A stretch of DNA of 29,701 bases from the NCBI GenBank assembly GCA_019136035.1, contig JAGVUW010000553.1, positions 1 through 29,701 on the forward strand, written 5' to 3'. Of this stretch, positions 6,807 through 14,161 are shown in pieces. Under the pieces are notes generated by a model that saw nothing but the letters and a program-made list of their open reading frames with translations, did not search any database and had not been told where the DNA came from. This DNA is from Verrucomicrobiota bacterium (GTDB lineage: Bacteria; Verrucomicrobiota; Lentisphaeria; Oligosphaerales; JAFGRS01). Both the position numbers and the translations under genes were made by a program. How positions within the stretch are numbered: position 1 is the first letter of the stretch; each line of letters opens with the position of its first letter.

Positions 6807-8813
6807 ATGATGGCCGAACACCTTCGCATGGCGAGCTGGTGGATCACCTGGAAGGACCTCGACTGGCCCTCGCCGGACAATCTCGACCTCATCCGCCGGC
6901 GTGCCGACGCCATGGCCGGGGCGCATGTGAACGCCGCCGGCGTCTTCGGGGCGCACTTTCGCTGGGACTTCCTGCCCATCTTCCCCGTTCTGCACGACTA
7001 CCTGGCCACGGTCCGGGCGGAGCTGAAGGCCCGCGGTATCCGCCTGATCGACCACCACTCCGCCACCCTGATCCACCGCTACGAGACGCGCGCCGAGATG
7101 CAGACGGTGAAGCTGCACTCCGGCCCACACCTGCCATTCGCCCCGACCTGGAGCGCCGCCGCCAGTTGGGAGTACCGCGGTCGGAAACTCAACGCCTGGC
7201 GCGAGATCGATGTTCGCGACGGATCCGTGCTCTTCCATCCCGGCTATACCGCCGAGATGTTCTGCTACCAGAATGACGACTTCATCGACGCCTATCTGGA
7301 GTACGTCCAGGAGTTGCGGCGCGACACCGACATCGATGGACTGATGAGCGACGACATCTCGCAGTACATGCGCTGGCCCGGCTGCGGCTGTACCGCCTGC
7401 CGGGAGAAGTTCCGGCGCCGTACCGGGATGGCGCTGCCGGCGGCGAGTGACCGGAGGTTCTGGGCCAACTGGGACAGCCCGGCCTGGCTCGAGTGGATCG
7501 ACCTGCGTTTCGAGGCCGCGTCCCACTTCTTCACCCGCCTGCGGTCGATCCTGCCGGAGGCCTTCCCGCTGATGAGCTGCTGCTCCAACAGCTCGTCGGC
7601 CACGGCGCCGCAGATGGCCCATGACATCCGTGACATGAACGCCGGCTGCAACCTGGTCCACCTCGAACTCTGCGGCAACACACCGCCTTACCCGCACGAC
7701 CCCAAGACCAAGAGCCCGCCGATCGCCAGCCGGATCATCTCGTCGCTGCATCACCTCGGCGCCGCAGACGAGAAGGGCAGTGAATGTGTCGGGCAGGGCT
7801 ATGGCTTCACGGCAGCGACGGCCGGCATCGTCTGGGCGGTCAACAAGACCGTCGGTGCGGCCTGCTGGTTCTCGACCCTGAAGGCACGTCTGGGGCTGCC
7901 TGACAGGATCCTGGCGACGCTGCCGGATGACGCCGCGCCGGCCGCCACGGCGTTCGGCTTCGAGAAGAGCCACCCGGAGCTCTTCAATGGCCACCCCGCC
8001 GCACAGGCCGCCGTGCTCTTCCCCTACGAGACCCGCAACCACACCGCCTTCGGCAGTCTCTTCAACGGCGTCACGCGTGACTTCGAGGACACCCTCTCCC
8101 TGCTCTTCCGCAACGGCATCACGCCGGTGGTCGAGACGCAGATGCCGACCACGACAGCGCGCTGCCCGCTCCTGATCCTGCCCTCGGCCCTGCGGCTGAC
8201 CGCCGCGGAGCAGGACGCCCTGCAGGCGTTCGTCCGCGCTGGCGGTGTCGTCCTGGCCACCGGGCCCTTCGCCCTCGGCAGGCCATGGGGTGGCAGCATC
8301 ACGGTACCCGACTCTTTCTTTACCTCGGACGAGTGGATGAAGGCGCCCTTCCCGGCCTTCCCCGGCCGGCCGGAGTGGGAGGCCCTGCCCTCCGGGGTGC
8401 TCTGGAACCCGTGCCGCATCCAGGATTCGGAGGTCTTTGCCGGTGACCTGCTGGGCAAGGTCCGCCAGCACGCGGTACCCCTGCCGGTCGCCATCACTTC
8501 TGCCGAGGGCTTCCTGACGCTGGTCCACCGCATGCCGGACGGGGCGTTGACCGTCCATTGCCTGGCCGCCGAGTTCGCCACGGAGATCGATCAGGAGCTC
8601 GACGCCATGCGCTACCACCGCTCGCGCGTCAATCTCATCACCCGGGCCGAACCGATGGGCACCGACGGCACCATCGGCCTGACCGCCGCCGGCGCGGTCC
8701 AGGCCTTCTCACCCCTGACACCCGGACGCGAGCCCGCGGTCAGCCGCACGGCCGACCGCGTCACGGTCACGCTGCCGGAGCGATGTCCGTACGCCGTCCT
8801 GCGGCTGGCCTGA
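6807..8813 (+). CDS. Hypothetical glycoside-hydrolase-like protein (~668 aa)
   Basis: Start MMAEHLRMASWW after a purine-rich RBS. DGLMSDD followed by GCGCTAC..F resembles TIM-barrel GH/GH42-like proteins; AAVLFP..LLILP..L..FVRAGGVVLATG resembles the GH42 trimerisation (GATase-like) domain. Confidence 0.6.
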   Translation: MMAEHLRMASWWITWKDLDWPSPDNLDLIRRRADAMAGAHVNAAGVFGAHFRWDFLPIFPVLHDYLATVRAELKARGIRLIDHHSATLIHRYETRAEMQTVKLHSGPHLPFAPTWSAAASWEYRGRKLNAWREIDVRDGSVLFHPGYTAEMFCYQNDDFIDAYLEYVQELRRDTDIDGLMSDDISQYMRWPGCGCTACREKFRRRTGMALPAASDRRFWANWDSPAWLEWIDLRFEAASHFFTRLRSILPEAFPLMSCCSNSSSATAPQMAHDIRDMNAGCNLVHLELCGNTPPYPHDPKTKSPPIASRIISSLHHLGAADEKGSECVGQGYGFTAATAGIVWAVNKTVGAACWFSTLKARLGLPDRILATLPDDAAPAATAFGFEKSHPELFNGHPAAQAAVLFPYETRNHTAFGSLFNGVTRDFEDTLSLLFRNGITPVVETQMPTTTARCPLLILPSALRLTAAEQDALQAFVRAGGVVLATGPFALGRPWGGSITVPDSFFTSDEWMKAPFPAFPGRPEWEALPSGVLWNPCRIQDSEVFAGDLLGKVRQHAVPLPVAITSAEGFLTLVHRMPDGALTVHCLAAEFATEIDQELDAMRYHRSRVNLITRAEPMGTDGTIGLTAAGAVQAFSPLTPGREPAVSRTADRVTVTLPERCPYAVLRLA

Positions 8814-8946
8814 GGGCGACAGGGCCCTTCTTCGGCCGTGCCCCCCCGCCCGTCTCTGCATGACGGCGGCCGGCGGGGAAGGCGGACCATCCGGCCATTC
8901 GGTACTTCCTGTCACAACTCGGGCAAAGAGGATACGGGAGGCCTGC

Positions 8947-8974
8947 CGCAAAAAGGCGCAAGAAGCGCAAGGGA
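8947..8974. repeat. Purine-rich 9-10-bp stutter
   Basis: CGCAA-headed units at 8947, 8957 and 8966, between convergent genes. Confidence 0.55.
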
Positions 8975-9063
8975 GGATGGGCGGCGAGCGGAAGCGATCT
9001 CCTCCTGACACAGACGGATCGGCCGGCGGGTCGGCGTGCCGGGGGAGGGGGGTACCCGGTCTG

Positions 9064-10017
9064 TCAGCGCCGGTCGCAGTGGTCGCAGTCGGCCGCCGAG
9101 CAGCCGAAGAGGCCCTGGTTCAGGTAGCGCTCGCCACGGTCGGGGATGAGGGTGAGGACGGTGCAGCCGGGGTGCTGCCGAGCCAGGCGCATGGCCACGG
9201 CCACATTGGCGCCGGCGGAGACCCCGGCGAGCAGGCCGCACTGCAGGGCCAGCTCACGCGCCTGGGCCTCGGCCTCGGCCGTGGCGACGGTGACGACCTC
9301 GTCGATCTCGGCACGGTGCCGCCGGATGATCTCCGTGACGAAGCCCTCGCCGATGCCCTGGATGCCGTGCGGCCTGACCGCGCCGCCGGTGAGCACCGCC
9401 GACTCGGCCGGCTCGATGCCGATCATGCGGCACCCCGGGAAGCGCTCGCGGAGGCGCTGTGAGACGCCGATGAAGGTCCCGCCGGTGCCCATGCCGGCGA
9501 CGAAGAAGTCGACCGGCCCCTGCACCTGTCGCGCCAGGCTCTCGCCGGTGTAGGTGTAGTGAGCCCGGACGTTGTCCTCATTCCCGAACTGGTCCGGCAG
9601 CCAGGCGCGGTCACCGAGGTCGGCCTTGAGCTGCTCGTAGCGGCGCAGGGCGCCCGCCATATCCTCGGCGGCGGGGGTGAGGACCACCTCGGCGCCGAAA
9701 GCCCGCATCATCTGCCGGCGCTCCACGCTCATGTGCTCCGGCATGACCGCGGTGAAGCGATACCCGGCGGCGGCGGCGAGCATGCTGAAGGCGATGCCGG
9801 TGTTGCCGGTGGTCATCTCCAGGATGGTCATCCCCGGACGGGCCTCGCCACGCTGTTCCGCCTGGGTGAGCATGTACCAGGCCATGACGTCCTTGACGCT
9901 GCCGCTGGGGTTCAGACAGGCCAGCCCGGCCAGCACCCTGGACGGGGCCGGCTTGAGGCCCCCCAGTTCCACCACCGGGGTCGTCTGCTGCATCAGCGGT
10001 CCGAGACTGCGTATCAT
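9064..10017 (-). CDS. cysK: PLP-dependent cysteine synthase family (CysK/CysM-like)
   Basis: NPSGSVKD (PLP lysine), TTGNTG, GMGTGGT, HGIQGIG, GVSAGAN, PDRGERYL. Confidence 0.9.
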   Translation of the reverse strand: MIRSLGPLMQQTTPVVELGGLKPAPSRVLAGLACLNPSGSVKDVMAWYMLTQAEQRGEARPGMTILEMTTGNTGIAFSMLAAAAGYRFTAVMPEHMSVERRQMMRAFGAEVVLTPAAEDMAGALRRYEQLKADLGDRAWLPDQFGNEDNVRAHYTYTGESLARQVQGPVDFFVAGMGTGGTFIGVSQRLRERFPGCRMIGIEPAESAVLTGGAVRPHGIQGIGEGFVTEIIRRHRAEIDEVVTVATAEAEAQARELALQCGLLAGVSAGANVAVAMRLARQHPGCTVLTLIPDRGERYLNQGLFGCSAADCDHCDRR

Positions 10018-10071
10018 GGGAGACTCACACTCCTTGCGTCAAAGGCACCAGGCGTCGTCCTGGCGGCGTCG

Positions 10072-10512
10072 TCACTGGACCCCGGTGCTGCCGAAGCCGC
10101 CGCTGCCGCGGGCGCTGGCCGCCAGGTCGGCGGCGGGCTCGAGGACCACCTCGGGGAGCTTCTGGATGACCATCTGGGCGATGCGGTCGCCGCGCCCCAC
10201 CTGGAAGGCCTCCCGTCCGGCGTTGAAGAGGATGACGCCGACCTCGCCGCGGTAGCCGGCATCGATGGTCCCGGGGCTGTTGAGCACGGTCACGGCCTGC
10301 TTGAGCGCCAGGCCGCTGCGCGGCCGGACCTGCGCCTCGAAGCCGACCGGGAGCTCGAGGAAGAGCCCGGTCGGCACGAGCGCGACGCCGCCGGGGGGCA
10401 GGGCGGCGGCGACGCGGGCGCGCAGGTCATAGGCGGCATCGTCGGCGTGTGCCTTGCGCGGCTGCAGGTCCTCGCCACCCGGCTGCATACGAAATCGCAC
10501 GACCACAGGCAT
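10072..10512 (-). CDS. dut: dUTP diphosphatase (trimeric dUTPase)
   Basis: [39 protein letters not shown]. Confidence 0.97.
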   Translation of the reverse strand: MPVVVRFRMQPGGEDLQPRKAHADDAAYDLRARVAAALPPGGVALVPTGLFLELPVGFEAQVRPRSGLALKQAVTVLNSPGTIDAGYRGEVGVILFNAGREAFQVGRGDRIAQMVIQKLPEVVLEPAADLAASARGSGGFGSTGVQ

Positions 10513-10660
10513 GGTTTCGGCCTCGACTTGAGAGGGTCATGGCGGTGGCCGGGGGCCCCCGCCAGGGTGTTCAGCGCGCCGTTAACCTAGCCTGGATTAA
10601 GCGGGAAGCACACCGGCGTGCGTCGCGGCGATGGGCACCGCACGGCCCCTGGGCTCGGGA

Positions 10661-10735
10661 CACGGACGGACACGGACCCGCACGGACGGGCACGGACGGG
10701 GCTCTGCCGGCGCCAGCGTTGGGCGTTCGGCGTTC
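10661..10735. repeat. 10-bp CACGGAC stutter plus 7-bp GCGTT stutter
   Basis: CACGGAC at 10661, 10671, 10681, 10691; GCGTT at 10716, 10723, 10730 (same heptamer as at the window start). Confidence 0.8.
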
Positions 10736-10751
10736 GCGTCTGTGGCTCGGG

Positions 10752-11465
10752 CTAGGCCGCCAGGGCTGCCAGGGCGCCGATGACCAGCACCATGAGGGCC
10801 AGGGCCTCGGCCAGGCTGAGCCAGGCGGTGGAGCCGGCCTCGCGGCTGGCCGGTCCGAGCAGCACTGTCAGGGGGGCCGGGAGGATCCAGCACAGCGAGG
10901 CCGCGAACAGCCCCGGCAGGAGGGCGCCGGCCAGGCGGCCGGCGATGACAGCCACGCCGGCGGCCGCCAGCCAGTGGCCCCAGTCCTCCCACAGCGCCTC
11001 GGCGCCGGCACGATGCGACGGCCGCACCGCCGTGGAGGCGTGCACCGCCGCGGCGGCGCTCAGGGCGCCGACCACCATCAGCCAGGCGCCGCGATGGGTC
11101 CCGGCCAGGACGCCGTAGCAGGCGAGTCTGAGCGCCAGGATGCCCTGGAATGCGGCCAGGCGCAGGTAGGCGCCGGTCTCGGCGTTGTCGCCCCCCTCGG
11201 CGAAGCCCTCGAGGAGCCGCACCGTGGCGACGTAGCGCCGTCCGCCGGTGGCCCAGCCCTCGAAGATCAGGATGGCGACGGCCGCCACCACGGCGCCGGC
11301 ACGCGGGCCGAACAGCCACACTGACAGCGCCGCCAGGACCCACTCGGCCAGGCCCAGGCCGGCACCCACTGCCGGGAACCACGGCAGCGCGAGGCCGCCC
11401 CCGGAGCGCCCTGCACCAGGTTCAAAACGCGTCAGAAGCCGCATGGCGGGGGCCCAGTCATTCAC
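10752..11465 (-). CDS. Divergent cobalamin synthase CobS-like membrane protein
   Basis: AMRLLTRF..LPWFPAVGAGLG..TGG fits the CobS N-terminus and the protein is hydrophobic throughout. GTG 11465 with GAAGGA RBS is preferred (ATG 11444 is an alternative). The HxDGxxD motif is absent. Confidence 0.6.
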   Translation of the reverse strand: MNDWAPAMRLLTRFEPGAGRSGGGLALPWFPAVGAGLGLAEWVLAALSVWLFGPRAGAVVAAVAILIFEGWATGGRRYVATVRLLEGFAEGGDNAETGAYLRLAAFQGILALRLACYGVLAGTHRGAWLMVVGALSAAAAVHASTAVRPSHRAGAEALWEDWGHWLAAAGVAVIAGRLAGALLPGLFAASLCWILPAPLTVLLGPASREAGSTAWLSLAEALALMVLVIGALAALAA

Positions 11466-11573
11466 AGTAGGCGGTCCTTCACAGTGCGGTGCCGGCCTGG
11501 CCCGCGGAGACACAGCGTGCCTGTGGCGCTCCGGCCGAGGCTGGCTCAAACCGTTTTTTCAGAGGCGCTCATC

Positions 11574-11601
11574 TTGAATCGCCGGGGTCACGGGTTAAAA
11601 T
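11574..11601 (+). promoter_or_regulatory. sigma70 promoter of the tRNA pair
   Basis: TTGAAT (11574-11579) - 16 bp - TAAAAT (11596-11601). Confidence 0.75.
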
Positions 11602-11629
11602 AGTGCGCCTGTTGAAAACGGAAAATCGC

Positions 11630-11706
11630 GGGGGCGTAGCTCAATTGGTTAGAGCGCCGGCCTGTCACGTCGGAGGTCGCGAGTTCAAGTCTCGTCGCTC
11701 CCGCCA
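11630..11706 (+). tRNA. tRNA-Asp (GTC)
   Basis: 77 nt; GGGGGCG/CGCTCCC acceptor stem, anticodon loop CTGTCAC, TTCAAGT T-loop, encoded CCA. Confidence 0.97.
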
Positions 11707-11752
11707 TTCCTTTCTCTTCAGTACTGTCCGGACAACCTAGCAGTCTGCACGC

Positions 11753-11829
11753 GGGGGCGTAGCTCAATTGGTTAGAGCGCCGGCCTGTCACGTCGGAGGT
11801 CGCGAGTTCAAGTCTCGTCGCTCCCGCCA
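11753..11829 (+). tRNA. tRNA-Asp (GTC), identical second copy
   Basis: Identical to 11630-11706; 123-bp period. Confidence 0.97.
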
Positions 11830-11935
11830 TTCCTCTCCCTCCTCGTCCGTTGCTTTTCCCGCATGGGATGTCGCGTCCTGACGCGATGGGCTGATCATCC
11901 CGCCGCACCTGCAGCCGGCGTTCCCCGTCGCCCCC

Positions 11936-12910
11936 TCACTCGAGCAGCTCGTAGACCGGTGCCATGAGCTTGCCGTAGAAGCCGATGATGCGAATGCCGA
12001 GGTAGATGAGCAGGGCGAGGTAGGCGAGGTTCGGCACGATGATCGCGAGCCGTGCCAGGCGGTTCTCGGCGTCCTCCTGGCAGTGCCTCGCCAGGCGTTC
12101 ACTGGCGTCGTCGAGGCGGCCGCTGATCTCGCCGGCGCGCAGGACATCCAGGAGCGCGATGTCGGCGTCCAGGGGCAGGGGGTCTGCCTCCAGGGCCTCG
12201 CAGAAGGTGCATCCCGCCGTGGCCATGGCCTCCGAGAGCCTGCCGAAGCGCTGTCGCAGGGCCGGGTTGCGGCAGGCGCCCGCGGCCAGAGCCGCGCCGC
12301 GGATCGAGCCGATGCCGGCGCGCAGGCACTGCCCGAAGGCGGTGAGGAAGCGGCTGCTGTCGAGGCGGTACGAGAGGCCGCCGAGGTACGGCACTGCCAG
12401 CCAGAGGCGGCCCAGGGCGGGCAGGTCGAGGATCGCCTGGCCCAGCGTCCGCACCAGGAGCCACAGGACCCACGGCAGCGCCATCAGGCTCAGGGCCTGC
12501 AGCGCCGCACGCTCGAGCGTGAGGCCGCCGACCAGGACACCGATGAATGGCACCAGCACCGCCGCGGCGTGGTACACCAGCGCCGGGTAGATCAGGCTGG
12601 AGATCACCTTCGAGCGCAGTCGCCAGGAGAGCTGAAACCAGTCGCGCAGGGCCTTGAAGACCGCCTCGCGCCGGCCGCTGAGGTCGCCGACCTCGACGAG
12701 GGCCGTCTCGAAGCCGGAGAAGTGCCGCGGCAGGTGTGCCATGGCCTCGCTCAGGCGCAGGCCCTGCTGGAGCATCCCATGCAGCTCGGCGGCGGCCGGC
12801 CGGAAGGCCCCCGGGAAGCGCTGCTGCAGGGCGCGCAGGAGCGGCACTCCGGCCTCCTCCAGGGACGCCAGGGTGCCGTAGAAGACGACGCGGTGCTGCA
12901 GCGCTGACAT
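11936..12910 (-). CDS. Type II secretion / type IV pilus platform protein, GspF/PilC family (324 aa)
   Basis: LEEAGVPLLRAL..GLRLSEAM..LVEVGDLSG; SSLIYP; second repeat LRAGIGS..GEISGRLDD; TM segments. Confidence 0.88.
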   Translation of the reverse strand: MSALQHRVVFYGTLASLEEAGVPLLRALQQRFPGAFRPAAAELHGMLQQGLRLSEAMAHLPRHFSGFETALVEVGDLSGRREAVFKALRDWFQLSWRLRSKVISSLIYPALVYHAAAVLVPFIGVLVGGLTLERAALQALSLMALPWVLWLLVRTLGQAILDLPALGRLWLAVPYLGGLSYRLDSSRFLTAFGQCLRAGIGSIRGAALAAGACRNPALRQRFGRLSEAMATAGCTFCEALEADPLPLDADIALLDVLRAGEISGRLDDASERLARHCQEDAENRLARLAIIVPNLAYLALLIYLGIRIIGFYGKLMAPVYELLE

Positions 12911-12997
12911 CGCCGGTTTCCCTCTCGTGGAACGGCCCCGCCGCGGGCCGGGCCCTGTCGGGGCTGACTGTAGCCCTGCCCAGCCCGCCCCGCCAGC

Positions 12998-13025
12998 TTG
13001 ACGGCCATCGGCGCGGCGCTACACT
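12998..13025 (+). promoter_or_regulatory. Candidate sigma70 promoter upstream of the AAC(3)-family gene
   Basis: TTGACG (12998-13003) - 16 bp - TACACT (13020-13025). Confidence 0.55.
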
Positions 13026-13213
13026 CTGAGGGTGGCCCATGGCGACAGGCCATCGCCGCGCCGGCGCACCGCCGGGGCGGGCCTCGCGCCGTGCCGCCGG
13101 GGTCGGCAGTCGTCGCCCAGACATGGCGGCGCCGCGGCCCGCCCGCCTGGCATCGGACGCAGATCGGCGGCGCTATGGAGAGAACCGCGACATAGGGCAG
13201 GGGAGGCGATACC

Positions 13214-14038
13214 ATGGAACCCGAGAAGGGCAATCCCGCCATCCAGGTGCACGCCGAGGACGTCTGCCGCGCCTTCAGGGCCGTCGGCGCCCAGGCCGGC
13301 GATGTCGTCATTTACCACGGCTCGCTCAGCAGCATGGGCACCGTCGTCGGCGGCCCGACGACCGTCATCGACGGCGCCCTCCAGGCCGTCGCCCCCGGCG
13401 GCACTGTCGCCATGCCGACGCTGTGGTTCTGCCCGGCCGACCCGCCGCGGCGCCGTGAGGACTTCGACCTGGCGACCTCGCCGTCGTACGTCGGGGCCCT
13501 CTCCGAAGCCCTGCGCACCGACCCGCGCAGCCTGCGCAGCCATCACTACTCGCACTCGGTCAGCGCCATCGGCAGCCGCGCCGCCGAGCTGACCGCGAAC
13601 CACGGGGCAGGGGGCCTGTCGCCGGCGCCGTGGGGCTGGGATGCCTTCGCCGACATCAGCCCCTGGGGGCACCTCTACGAATGGAATGCGCTCTATGCCT
13701 TCATCGGCGTCACCATGCGCGTCTGCACCATGAAGCACTACATCGAATCGCGCTACGTGGCGCGCACCATGGCACGCGCCCCGGAGGCGCGTCGGCAGGC
13801 CATGCGTGACGGCCTCACCAGCGGCGACCGCCAGGGCGTCTGGCCGTTCTACAACAGCGAGGCCATGGAACAGCGCCTGACCGAGCGCGGCCTCGTCGCC
13901 ACGAGCCATATCGGCTCGGCCACCCTGCGGGCCGTGCGCACCCGCCCCCTGGTCGAGGTCACCCTCGAGATCCTCACCGCCGAACCCGAGGCCTGGTTCC
14001 AGCCCGCCTTCCTGGAGTGGTGCCGCCAGGCCGACTGA
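13214..14038 (+). CDS. AAC(3)/YokD-family N-acetyltransferase
   Basis: GDVVIYHGSLSSMG, GGTVAMPT, TPS-like SPSYVGALSE, RSHHYSHSVSAIG, CTMKHYIE. Confidence 0.88.
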   Translation: MEPEKGNPAIQVHAEDVCRAFRAVGAQAGDVVIYHGSLSSMGTVVGGPTTVIDGALQAVAPGGTVAMPTLWFCPADPPRRREDFDLATSPSYVGALSEALRTDPRSLRSHHYSHSVSAIGSRAAELTANHGAGGLSPAPWGWDAFADISPWGHLYEWNALYAFIGVTMRVCTMKHYIESRYVARTMARAPEARRQAMRDGLTSGDRQGVWPFYNSEAMEQRLTERGLVATSHIGSATLRAVRTRPLVEVTLEILTAEPEAWFQPAFLEWCRQAD

Positions 14039-14161
14039 GAGCCGGCCGGGCCGCGACGCGGCCGCGGAGCGCCCGGCGCTGGGGAGAGGACCGCCGCCGG
14101 CGGCCTCCGGGGCGGCCGCGGCGCCCTGCGAAGGAGCGCGGCCGGGCATGGAGAGAACCCT

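Noticed and set aside
6710-8813. TubY as fourth partition component
   Set aside because: No MerR-like HTH plus coiled-coil gene is present next to the tubR/tubZ-like pair.
13214-14038. Calling it an aminoglycoside resistance gene
   Set aside because: Family membership alone does not give substrate, and there is no mobile or resistance context.
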